A stretch of 64,000 nt of DNA from Zootoca vivipara (Eukaryota), in assembly GCF_963506605.1 (NCBI RefSeq), contig NC_083286.1, forward strand, positions 32,674,001-32,738,000. Direction: 5' to 3'. A program made the position numbers and the translations under genes. The notes beneath the pieces were generated by a model. The model ran no database searches. It was not told the origin of the DNA and was given only the letters and a program-made list of their open reading frames with translations. Positions within the stretch are counted from its first letter, which is position 1. Each line of letters starts with the position of its first letter. Of the stretch, positions 47,291 to 59,872 are shown piece by piece.

Positions 47291-47916
47291 CTACAAAGCA
47301 AAAAAAAAATTTACACTCTAGCTGTCTTTAAAAGCTTGGATATCATTTTAAATGGCTACCAATTTTTATAAAATTGATACAACATTGCACACATCATTAC
47401 TATGGAGGAGGGGGAAATCCCAAAATGTCCTAAATGGAAGTTCTGACGTTCCAAGTATTGTGCAACAATAATCTAAAACTGCCAACTTTAAGGTTGTAAA
47501 AATCCAGAAACAATGATTTTCTTTATAAACAAAGCATATCTATACATAATAAAAGCTACAACCAAAGAAATGAAACAAAAAACAACACAATGAACTGTCA
47601 ATGAAACATATCAACAGATCTAAAAAACATACTCCCAAAGCAAATCTACTAGCTCTGAAGATAGGTCTAGCATAAAGCCTGTTTAAATGAGATCATTTTA
47701 CACGATCTTCTGAAGACTTGCAAGGTTGGGTTCAGTGGGTACTGCACTGCAAAATATTAGCATATTCTAAGCATTCTAAGATTAGCAACACCCCCAGGTT
47801 TATTACAGTATAAGATAAAGAACAAATTTAGTTTGTCTGGGTACAACAGTGCACTTTTACTTGGTTATTTAGGGTGAATATGAGAACCTAATAAACCTCA
47901 CACTGATACTACTTGC

Positions 47917-48014
47917 CTGCTTTGTTTATACGAACTGGATAACACCGCAGACATAAATTCATTTGTCCGGCAAGGATGAAGAACAAAGAAAGGCTGTCCA
48001 AGCAATGGATGCTC
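47917..48014 (-). CDS. ATG10: Ubiquitin-like-conjugating enzyme ATG10, penultimate coding exon (EHPLLGQPFFVLHPCRTNEFMSAVLSSSYKQS) with the catalytic HPC motif
   Basis: Recognisable ATG10 sequence; tttttcag acceptor; 98 nt; non-canonical AG|GCAAGT donor. Confidence 0.93.
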
Positions 48015-48109
48015 CTGAAAAAGATCAGCCATGCTTATATTATTTGTATAGCACTTTCAGTATCCAAAGTAGTTTACAATCATTATTGCATTTGTAATGT
48101 TAAGTTCTT

Positions 48110-48235
48110 AGGGTTCTCATTTTACAGATGAGGAATGGAAGGTTAAGTGATAGCGACTTGCCAAACACCAATTAATCTAAATCTAAGACTTTAGACTAGG
48201 ACTTCTAAATCCAAGACCAATATTCTTTCTCATAG
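48110..48235 (-). mobile_element. MIR/CORE-SINE relic
   Basis: CTCATTTTACAGATGAGGAA...GGTTAAGTGA core. Confidence 0.5.
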
Positions 48236-51111
48236 ATTACACTCATTTATTTATGTGTCATATTCACTTCTCTACAGAAATATTAATAAATGAAACACCC
48301 GAGGCAATTAACATTCTTTTTTTAAAAAATCATTTAAAACTTAACAACAAAACACAAACAAAGTTCTAGTAGATAAAAGCACCAAGAGTGAGAAGTCCAG
48401 GAAAATTAAGACTCCAGCCAGGTTGAAAGTCTGCTGAAACAAAAACATCTTCACACAGCACTGGAATAGCATAATAGTGATGATGGTAAGCTAGAACTTC
48501 CAACGCAAAGAGTTCCACAAGAACAGAGAAGGCACTTTTACATGTTCTTGCCAATGACACTTTGGATGTATCTCACCAGTTGATCTCACTGAGCAGACAG
48601 GGATATACGGAAGGAGACAGTCCTTTGAGTATGGTCATTAGACTTTGAACAGTGATCAAAGTGACCTATGTTAAAACTAAATTTATATAATCAAGCTAAA
48701 GTCCAACACAATTAAGCATATTGACAAAGGAAGAGATATACCAATTATACAAAGCTATGAATGATGTAAACATTTTTAAAGAAGCACAATAAACTTTATT
48801 ACTTGATTACTAAAAAATGAATTTACATAGTATCAAGCTATCTAAAACCTCTACTGGGTTCTCTGGGTATGGAGGTTCTCTGCCATTTGTTAATATTTTA
48901 GCAGTTCCCAAGTCTAGTATGTAGATGCAGAAAGCAGCCTTAGGCCTAAGGGATTATAACTATGTGCAATCATAGTAGTGAATCATCTGGATATTAGGCC
49001 AGATGATTAAATAGATAGTCTCTATTAAAAATAGTAAGATGAGTACACTTTGAGAACATCCTGAAGATATTTAAGAACACCAGCTCATGTTAGAATATCG
49101 CTTTATAAAGACTATACAAGAGAAAATAAGCTATTGGGGGAAACACAAATTAAAGGGATTAAATAAAGGATTAGAATTGCTGGATAAATAAAAACATGTA
49201 ATCCTTAAAGAACCTATTCTCTTGAAGGTATGGAGAGGGAATTATAGAGGTACCACGAATCCCATGTTTATTTCCATGATTTGGTCTGTTCCACGCTGGA
49301 TCCACTGAACTCTTCTAGAGCAGTGTGTGAGTTGTCTAAGCATATTAGTCACTGCTGGATTTGAGTATCAGAATTTGCATTTGATACACAACAATAGTTA
49401 TTTTTTAATGCATTCCTGCAGTACAACAGTATTCACTAGGAAGACATTTTGAGGCTACCTTTATGCTCTGCAGTGACCCCCCCCCCCTCCACACAAACAC
49501 CTCAACTGGAACCTAGCATACTTCAAGCCTAAAAAAATACATTCCAAACAAATACTGTACCAAGAATGTCAAATACAACTACAGTCCAGACCAGCCTCTC
49601 AGCACTCCAACCCATGCCATATGGGTGTTTGGAACTACAACTCCCATCAGACCCAGCCAGCACAGCTACCCGGTTAAGGAAGGCTGGAAAGTAAATTATT
49701 TGGCCATCTGTAAGAATACTAATGCTTTCTCTGTTCACCAACTTGTATGTACATTGAAACCAGTGAATGTTCTTTTACATTAAAGCACAGCCTACATATG
49801 CACTGCTACAGATCTCAATTTACCAGATACACTTTTGTAGACCCAGGACTGATTTCCATGTCTGATTACACAATGAAACAAAATGCAGCAAGTGCCAACA
49901 TTCAAGATTGACTTGCCAGCCAGAAACTGGAATTCTGCAAACCTGTAATCCCATATTTAGACCTGAAATACTAAAATCCCCCCTTTCCTTGTTGCTAATT
50001 CCCCCTTTCCTTTGTATCTCTGTCCTGCCCCAAACAAATCTGCTCCAGAGGATTGAGAACACTTTGGGAAGTAGTGTGGGGAAGACTGCAGGAAAAAGGG
50101 AGGATTTGTGAAAAAGACTCCATCCCCCTTTTCACTCACATAAATCTCCACTGGATCAAAGAGCCTTTTGTCAACGGAAAGACACAATCGGATACATCCC
50201 CAACAGAGCAACATTTACTAATTCAACAAAGTTTATGTAGAAGAACACTAAAAATTGTTTGGGCTCCTTTTATCTTAATTCAGAAGACAGTCCAAAATAC
50301 AAATTCATGCAAGGATGCTACCATCTGCTATCCATGCAAGTGAACTGATGCCATTCTGTATTATGAAGTAAATGCCAATCTGAATGAAAATATATTATTC
50401 CACTCAGCTGTTAGACTGAATCTGAAATGTATGAAAATACTTCTAGCAAAGACAGATTTCTGAAAAAAGACTATGTCCTGGAATTGGCAGCAGGAGTTTT
50501 ATCAATGACAAAAAACACACACACACAAAAACCACAAATTATAACATAGCTAGCAGCATCCTATCTTCAAACTAGAAAGTCAGCCTGAGAAGAAGCCATG
50601 GTGCCATCAATTCTCTCTCCTGGTGGCTTTCCCTATATAATATATTTATACTTGCCATGTGCTTCTGGATCTCGCCTCTCTCATCTTCCCTCTCTGCTTG
50701 TCTCTTCTCTCGAGGACACTGGCTAATACGCTCTAATATCAGAGAGGCAGAAATATTGTGGTCTCGCTGGCTTCATTAGCATTACTGATGGGATGCCACA
50801 AAGAGAAGCACCTCTGTCCTAGGCAGCTAACAGCTTCACGGATAATTTCTACAAGGCCTTTGGCATGACCACCTTGTTCCCATTACTTACAGTTAACTCG
50901 ACTTGCATACAGCTTCTATGTTTACCCCTGCATACACTTCCCGCCCCTTCCAGGTCTACTGAATTGCAAGTTATAAGCTACTGAGGCAGGCACTTGCCCT
51001 CCTACACTCTGTAAAATTGGAACTCCATCACTGATGCTCTTCTTTCCCCCAATATAGGATGCTTACTGACATACAATACACACAGTGTTAGCAGTGTTTT
51101 GCTGAAGATTG

Positions 51112-54081
51112 TTGTTGTTGTTTAGTCATTTAGTTGTGTCCGACTCTTTGTGACCCCATGGACCAGAGCATGCCAGGCGCTCCTGTCTTCCACTGCCTCC
51201 CACAGTTTGGTCAGACTCATGTTGGTAGCCTCGAGAACACTGTCCAACCATCTTGTCCTCTATCGTCCCCTTCTCCTTGTGCCCTCAATCTTTCCCAACA
51301 CCAGGGACTTTTCCAGGGAGTCTTCTCTTCTCATGAGGTGGCCAAAGTATTGGAGCCTCAGCTTCAGGATCTGTCCTTCCAGTGAGCATTCAGAGCTGAT
51401 TTCCTTCAGAGTGGATAGGTTTGATCTTCTTGCAGTCCATGGGACTCTCAAGAGTCTCCTCCAGCACCATAATTCAAAAGCATCAATTCTTAGGCGATCA
51501 GCCTTCTTTATGGTCCAGCTCTCACTTCCATACATCACTACTGGGAAAACCATAGCTTTAACTATACGGACCTTTGTCAGCAAGGTGATGTCTCTGCTTT
51601 TTAAGATGCTATCTAGGTTTGTCATTGCTTTTCTCCCAAGAAGCAGGCATCTTTTAATTTCGTGAGTGCTCTCACCATCTGCAGTGAGCATGGAACCCAA
51701 GAAAGTAAAATCTCTCACTGCCTCCATTTCTTCCCCTTCTATTTGCCAGGTGGTGATGGGACCAGTGGCCATGATCTTAGTTTTTTTATGTAGAGCTTCA
51801 GAACATATTTTGCGCTCTCCTCTTTCACCCTCATTAAAAGGTTCTTTAATTCCTCCTCACTTTCTGCCATCAAGGTTGTGTCATCTGCATACCTGAGTTT
51901 GTTGATATTTCTTCCGGCCACCTTAATTCCGGCTTGGGATTCATCCAGTCCAGCCTTTCGCATGATGAATTCTGCATATAAGTTAAATAAGCAGGGAGAC
52001 AATATACAGCCTTGTCGTACTTCTTTTCCAATTTTGAACCAATCAGTTGTTCCATATCCAGTTCTAACTGTAGCTTCTTGTCCCACATAGAGATTTCTCA
52101 GGAGACAGATGAGGTGATCAGGCACTCCCATTTCTTTAAAAACTTGCCAAAGTTTGCTTTCGTCGACACAATCAAAGGCTTTTGCGTAGTCAATGAAGCA
52201 GAAGTAGATGTTCTTCTGGAACTCTCTAGCTTTCTCCATAATCCAGCACATGTTTGCTATTTGGTCTCTGGTTCCTCTGCCCCTTCAAAATCCAGCTTGC
52301 ACTTCTGGGAGTTCCCAGTCCAAATACTGCTTAAGCCTGCCTTGTAGAATTTTAAGCATAACCTTGCTAGCGTGTGAAATGAGTGCAATTGTGCGGTAGT
52401 TGGAGCATTCTTTGGCACTGCCCTTCTTTGGGATTGGGATGTAGACTGATCTTCTCCAATCCTCTGGCCACTGCTGAGTTTTCCAAACTTGCTGGCATAT
52501 TGAGTGTAGCACCTTAACAGCATCATCTTTTAAAATTTTTAATAGTTCAGCTGGAATGTCATTACTTCCACTGGCCTTGTTATTAGCAGTACTTTCTAAG
52601 GCCCATTTGACTTCACTCTCCAAGATGTCTGGCTCAAGGTCAGCAACCACACTACCTGGGGTGTATGAGACCTCCATATCTTTCTGGTATAATTCCTCTG
52701 TGTATTCTTCCCACCTCTTCTTGATTTCTTCTGCTTCTGTTAGGTCCTTTCCACTTTTGTCCTTTAGTATGGTAATCTTTGTACAAAATGTTCCTTTTAT
52801 ATCTCCAATTTTCTTGAACAGATCTCTGGTTTTTCCCATTCTGTTGTTTTCTTCTATTTCTTTGCTTTGCTAGTTTAAGAAGGCCCTCTTGTCTCTCCTT
52901 GCTATTTTTTTGGAAATCTGCATTCAATTTGCTGTATCTTTCACTATCTCCCTCACATTTTGCTTGCCTTCTCTCTCCCGCTATTTGTAAGGCCTATTGG
53001 ACAGCCACTTTGCTTTCTTGCATTTTCTTTTCATTGGGATGGTTTACGTTGTTGCCTCCTGTATAATGCTGTATAAAGCCTCCATCCATAGTTCTTCAGG
53101 CACTCTGTCCACCAAATCTAAATCCTTAAACCTGTTCCTCACTTCCACTATATATTCCTAAGGGAATTGATTTAGATTGTGTCTTATTGCCCCAGTGGTT
53201 TCTCCTACTTTCTTCAGTTTAAGCTGGAATTTTGCTATAAGAAGCTGATGATCTGAGCCACAGTCTGCTCCAGGTCTTGTTTTTTGCTGACTGTATAGAG
53301 CTTCTCCATCTTTGGCTGCAGAGAATATAATCAATCTGATTTTGATGCTGACCATCTGGTGATGTCCATGTGTAGTCATCTCTTGTGTTGTTGGAAATGA
53401 GTGTTTGTGATGACCAGCTTGTTCTCTTGCCAGAACTCTATTAGCCTTTGCCCTGCTTTGTTTTCAACTCCAAGGCCAAACTTGCCAGTTGTTCCTTTTA
53501 TCTCTTGATTCCCTACTTTAGCATTCCAATCCCCTGTAATGAGAAGAACATCCTTCTTTGGTGTCATTTCTAGAAGGTGTTGTAAGTCTTCATAGAACTG
53601 GTCAATTTCACTTTCTTCAGCACCGGTAGTTGGTGCATAAACTTGGATTACTGTGATGTTAAAAGGTCTGCCTTGGATTCGTATCGAGATCATTCTATCA
53701 TTTTTGAGACTGCATCCCAGTACAGCTTTTGCCACTCTTTTGTTGACTATGAGGGTCACTCCATTTCTTTTACGGGATTCTTGCCCACAGTAGTAGATAT
53801 GATGGTCATCTGAACTGAATTTGCCCATTCACATCCATTTTAGTTCACTGATGCCCAGGATGTCAATATTTATTCTTGCCATCTCATTTTTGACCATATC
53901 CAGCTTACCAAGGTTCATGGTTCTTACATTCCAGGTTCCTATGGAATATTTTTCTTTACAGCATTGGACTTTCCTTTCGCTTCCAAGCATATCTGCAACT
54001 GAGCGACCTTTCGGCTTTGGCCCAGCCGCTTCATCAGCTCTGAATCTACTTGTACTTGTCCTCCGCTCTTCCTCAGTAGCA
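51112..54081 (-). mobile_element. Near full-length RTE-BovB LINE (APE endonuclease + RT), frameshifted, in an ATG10 intron
   Basis: Successive ORFs carry QVYAPT and GDWNAKVG (endonuclease), NYRTIALISHASK, FIDYAKAFD and YADD (RT); (CAA)n tail; TSD TGAAGATTG. Confidence 0.96.
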
Positions 54082-55004
54082 TGAAGATTGCTGAATATAC
54101 TTAATATTAATTACACACACACCACGATCAGCTTAACCAATAACATGCACGTTCAGATTTTTGTTAGAATTCCTGGTTTTCCATCTAGACACAAAAGCAA
54201 TTTCACATATTGAGTTTTCACAAAAATGTAACATTAAGACTTCTCACTCAACAAAAAATAATATAATCTCCTTAGTACAATATGTATATTTAGATACTTT
54301 GTTGTTTTAACATGTTGTTGTTGTTAATCTAATTCTATGCTACCAACAGTCAGAACACTGTTGCACTAAAACAATGAACTGACCACCTTTCCCCAAACAT
54401 TTTCTCTGACCTATATCTTGACTATCTGCACCCAGCATAGTGTCTTTATCTTGTTTCATCAGATAATGGCTCTGTGTCAAGGATATTGCATTTTCCCACA
54501 GTTCAAACTAAATATATTGTTCCTGGGAAAATAAGATTTTCTCTTGAACTAGCAGGGTTACTGGAATGTGGAATGCTGTCTAGAAAAGGATGGAACAAAA
54601 ATCACAGAAATCTATTGGATAGTGTGCATGATATCAATGGCATTAAATAACAACACTGTGTCACTACTTATGCACACATTCCAATTATATCTTGCCCATG
54701 TCTTGTTGTGCTGTGAATATGAACACACCAACTCTTCTTCAAGTTGTTTCTCTCCCCCCCCCTCATTCACACACATACAGACCTACCTACCTTAAGACTT
54801 CACCTTGAGATTTTATCAATTATTGTCAATTATTGTCAATCACCCCGGAAGGAGTATGTTCAAAGTCTTGGGGTCAATTATTGTCAATTGCCCTTGAAGG
54901 AGTAGGTTCAATCCATCTCTGTAAAGTGACATGCCCAGGTGACCTGAGTGCCTTTTATGAGCTCTGGCTGATTTTAATTTTTTAAAAAACCAGTTATGGC
55001 CATT

Positions 55005-55615
55005 TTTTGACTGCAACACCGTGCATTGGCAACCTCCAGATTGGATTGTTGCAATGCACTCTATGTGGGGCTGCCCCTGAGGTTGGCCTGGAAGCTGCAG
55101 CTAGTGCAAAATGCAGCAGCTTGACTGCTCACTGGGGCAGAATACTGCCACCAAGTTACGCCACCACTAAAAGAATTGCACTGGCAACCAATTAGCTACC
55201 AGGCTTAAGTATATGGTGTTGGTAAAGGTAAAGGGACCCCTGACCATTAGGTCCAGTCATGACCGACTCTGGGGTTGCGGCACTCATCTCGCGTTATTGG
55301 CCGAGGGAGCCGGCGTACAGCTTCCGGGTCATGTGGCCAGCATGAAAAAGCCACTTCTGGCGAACCAGAGCAGCACACAGAAACGCAGTTTACCTTCCCG
55401 CTGTAGCGGTAGACCTACCTATTTATCTACTTGCACTTTGATGTGCTTTCGAACTACTAGGTTGGCAGGAGCTGAGACCGAGCAACGGGAGTTCACCCCG
55501 TCACAGGGATTCAAACCGCCGACCTTCTGATCAGCGAGCCCTAGGCCCTCTGTGGTTTAACCCACCTGTGTTGGTACTGGTGTACAAAGGCCTATACAGT
55601 TTGAGACCCAGTCTA
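55005..55615 (+). mobile_element. L2 LINE RT C-terminal relic interrupted by a Sauria SINE
   Basis: Translates as TSRLDCCNALYVGLP...KLQLVQNAAA...LKELHW.PI and resumes after the SINE. Confidence 0.7.
55225..55567 (-). mobile_element. Sauria SINE (slightly 5'-truncated)
   Basis: Family sequence; TSD GTGTTGGTA. Confidence 0.9.
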
Positions 55616-55832
55616 GATATCTAGTTATTTAATTATGTATCACATTTATAGCCCAAGGAGCTTAAGGTGCCATACATAGTTCTCTTCCTCCCCATTTTAT
55701 CCTCACAACAACCTGAGAGTTGAGTTAGTGGCTCAATGCCACCCAATGAGATTCATGGCCAAGTGGAGATTTGAACCCTGGTTTCCCAGATCCTAGTCAG
55801 GCACTCTAATAATTACACCACACTACCTAGAA

Positions 55833-57497
55833 CAGTGGTTCCCAACAAGTGGTCCGCGGACCCCCAGGGGTCCGCGAGCTATGCCAGAGGGGTCCGCAAG
55901 ATCACCTCCCCAAGATGCGCATACCGAGCGGCGCGCGCGCAGCGGGAGCACCACGCACTGCTGCCGCGGCGTGGCGCCCCTAGCAATCCGCTCCGCCGAC
56001 TCGGGAGTCTCCTTGGGTCTCCTCAGAGGAGGAGGCGCCACGCCGAAAGCCCCAGAGCTCGCTTGCCTCCTTCCCGCCCTCTCCCTGCCTGTGGCCAGCA
56101 GCACTGTTCTGTGGAGTTTTTGGCGTGGCTCCGCCTCCTCCGAGGAGACCCAATGAGACTCCCGAGTCGGTGGAGGGCGGCGGACTCGCTGCTGGGCGCC
56201 CCTGCTCCCTCAATTCAGGACCCGGTGGGAGGCTTTGAAGCGGGTGCGAGGTCACCTCTTCACCTCGGCAGCTGCGCCTTCCCCTCCCCCACCCCATTCC
56301 ACCGCCCACCCACCCCAGAGAGAGAGGGGGCCACTGTTTTTTGGGGTGGTGGTCTTACCCCCTCTGTCAGTGAGGGAGCAGTGCGGGCGCCTTACAAATG
56401 AGCCCCCTTTGCACAGAGGGGTGACTGGGTGGGAGAAGCCCATGGAATGCAGGCGCTCTAGCCCCGAAGAGGCTGTCACCTTGCTTGCAAAAGCAACAGC
56501 CTCTCCTGAGCTGAGCCGCCTGCCTGCCTTCTGTTGGCTCTCCTTAAAGCAAGCGAAGTAATTGCTTTAGAGGAGCCCACGGAACGCAGGCGCTCTAGCC
56601 CCGAAGAGGCTGTAGCTCTGCTTGCAAAAGCAACAGCCTCTCCCGGGCTGAGCCGCCTGCCTTCCCTGCCTGCCTTCCGTTGGAACGCAGGCACGGAAGG
56701 CAGGAGGAGCACTTTTGGGATGCCCCATCCCCCCCCCAGCTGCCAGTTACCAAGCCTGCTCCGCTTGCTTTGCTGCGAGCTGGGAGGGGTGGTGCTGGAC
56801 GGGAGCTCCTGTCAGTCCGTCCCTTCTCCCAGCTCGCTGTACCAGCAAGAAAAGCAAGAGCCGCTTGGGTGCTGTGCACGGCTCTCCCTCCCTCCCTCTC
56901 TTTCTTTCTCTGACTCCTTCCTTCCTTCCTCCCTCCCTCCCTCCCTATCTCTTTCACCCCTTCTTTCCTTAGCATTTGCTAATTTCCACCCGCTGCTTCT
57001 TGTCGGCTTCTTTTCTGGGGAACCTTTCCTAAAAATGGTCAACAACTTTGGGGGTCCCCTGCCTAAAAAAGGTTGTCAATTCTTGGGAATTTTGGGGGGG
57101 GGCGCCGGAGGGATCTTCGCACCACGGCGCTGGATATGTTTCACTCAGCCAAAATTGTTTAATAAAAAGGTGCTAATGGAGCCAAAAGTTATTTTCTGCT
57201 GACTAGTAGGCAGGTAGAGATTTGCAGTCAGATTTCAGAGTGAAGGTTTCAAGTTTGGAACCTAATATTTCAGAAATAATGAACTCAAAGGACAGATTTA
57301 ACTCATCTCATTAAGAACTGAAAATTAAAACTAACTGTATACTGATGGAGTACTCTGTTGTAACTGTAAAAAACGTATAAAAAAGACTCTAAATTTGGCT
57401 CTCACTTTTTAATTTTAGGATTAGGAATTAATGGGGGTCCTTGTCACAATAGTGGCTCGATGAGGGGTCCTCGAGAAAATTTTGTTGGGAACCCCTG
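55833..57497. mobile_element. GC-rich non-autonomous hAT element (1665 bp)
   Basis: 15/16 TIR CAG(T/G)GGTTCCCAACAA; perfect 8-bp TSD ACCTAGAA; GGGGTCC subterminal repeats. Confidence 0.9.
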
Positions 57498-59499
57498 ACC
57501 TAGAAGATCACTTAACTACTTATATACTCAAATGATCACTGTACTCTGCAAGAGAGCCCACACAAATGTAGGAATCAGACCTCTGGTATGGAAATACCTG
57601 CTTTTTGAAACTCTCTCCTGTTACATATCAAAGAGCTGGTACCTCTATTATATTTCCGGCACCTATTAAAGAACTTCTTTTTCCAACAACACTTTCAAGT
57701 GGAGATTCTTTTCCCAGTCTCTGTATTAGGCTTGAAATTGCTTTTAGATACATTTTTACTGTTAAAATTGTTGAATCACTTTGGGATGTTTCACAGGAAA
57801 TGATTCATAAATGAAATATATTTTAGATCCAGGTAAGTCTTCTCTTTATAGGCTGAGTGATCCCTATTGTGCACTTTGGAGAACACATCAGATACATCAT
57901 ACAGATCATTTACCTCATTCAGCAGCAATCCTACCCTCCCTTTGGTACATGTAAACATGATTGCCTTTGAATCAAAACTATTCTGAAACAAAAAAAATTG
58001 CAGATTTTCACTTTTGACTGATTACTGTATATCAGTCCCCCAAAGTTGCTGCTTTAGTTTACACTCTACACTCAAGTAGTTTGGAAGGAAGCTATATTTC
58101 TCAAACTTTTCTGCTAAGACTTTTATATGATAAGCTCTACCATGTCCTTTTGTTTGTGAGTTGTTAAAAAGTCTGATGTACATCCAAGGTTAAACCAATG
58201 AAATGGAGGCACACTAAAGCAAGATGTGGATAGTTGCCAATGCAATGAAGGTTATCGAAAGAGTTAGCAGCTTGGGGAATTGATAATGGAAAACTCACTC
58301 CTCATGTAGTTCCTAGAGCAGTTTCAAAAGCTACTGCTTCCCCTTTCTTTGTCCAAGCCACCAACTGGGATTGAGATATAGAAAATAGTATAGAGACATA
58401 GAAAGAGGAATGTATAAACAAAGTAAGAATGCCAAAATACATATGTTGAAAAACTTTCTACTATATGAAGTTTTCCTTAATTTTCGTGTCTGGAAATCCT
58501 CTCCACAAAGGCGAAGTAGCATTTAGTTTCCAGATGTCAGGCTTATATATCAGTGATGAAAAGAAACATGAATCACAGTTGCAAGCACAAACCTATTTAA
58601 ATGAAAAATCAACTTAGTTTAGTTATAAATTAATCTTTTGTGGGTGAAACTGCTACTGAAGTAGACATTTCCTGATTAATGTGTGTTGAAATTTTGCAGA
58701 AGGCAACCTGACATTTTCAGGAGCAAAAGCGTCTTCTGGACAGGAACAAAGCATCAAAAAGTGAAAATGCTTTTCTGAAACTTAAAGCATTATTTCCCTG
58801 CAAAGAATGTGACAGAATTATAGACATGAAACAAAGGGTCTACCAGAATTCCCCCACCACCAGCCCACCAGGCAAATTGATTTCCCACCACCATTTTCTG
58901 TATCATGGATTGTCAGACAGAAGATTCTGTTTGACTCTCTTTTTCAAAAGATCTTATTATGAAGGAAAGCCAGGAAATGCTTAATGACACATTGAACCTA
59001 ATGATAATTAGTTATATCTTCTGCTATAGAGCAATTCAGAGCGAAAACAGGAAGATAGCAGCTGTGATATTTTTAAAAAGCTTTTTTGTTTTGCAATCTG
59101 AAAATAGGAATGCAGTCCTACACTAGGAGTTTGATGGCCCCAAAAGCCATTACATTATGGGGCAAGCTTCTCTTTCCAGCATGTGCAACAGCAGCATTCA
59201 ATAAAGACAAATCTTTCTGGTTTCAAGTCCCTTATGCTTCTTTTATCATTGACCAAATAAAATGTCATTTCTACTAGATCTCAATGAGAAAAAAATATGA
59301 AACACTCTCTTTTCATCCCAAGAGAAAGCAAACCATGCCTAAGTTCTAGCACTGACAAAACAAAACTTTCAGCCTGTGTTATACAACTTTAAGCACACAG
59401 TGAGATAATGCCTAAAATAATATGTGAAATATGATCCATGTCAAATTTCAATTAACAACGAATGTCACTTTCGGGCATTACAGCAAGGTAATTAGTTCT

Positions 59500-59872
59500 G
59501 GATAGCTGGTATTGTGTGTTTTACTTCCCTTCCCCCAAACAGCAGGTATTTTGTTGTTGGTACATTTCCTGTAACAGCACCATTTATTTTCCCTGTCATA
59601 ACTGGAGCTCCTCCAGTAGTAATGGCTTCTATTTTCTCTAGTGCTACATTAAACTGCCTTGGAGCATCCATCATAGCCTTTATGGGCTCTCCATTTCTCC
59701 TATAGTGGAAAGGGATTGTTGTCCAAAACATCCTCTGTCACATCCAGTTTGCATGATATAGCTTTGATGAAAATCATTCATAGAGGGATGTCAAGACTTT
59801 TATCAAGGGCAGCAGAAAACGTTTGTAACTGAACATTTTTTTCAATACCACCAGAGACTTCAGCCATTCTTT
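59500..59872 (-). pseudogene. Decayed hAT (Charlie/SPIN/GTF2IRD2-type) transposase fragment
   Basis: FSAALDKSLDI...IFIK...TEDVL...ITTGGAPVMTG resembles FSLALDESTD...TTDGAPAMTG; contains a stop and a frameshift. Confidence 0.65.

Noticed and set aside
55823-57202. ORFs up to 222 aa
   Set aside because: Inside a GC-rich non-autonomous hAT element; low-complexity translations.
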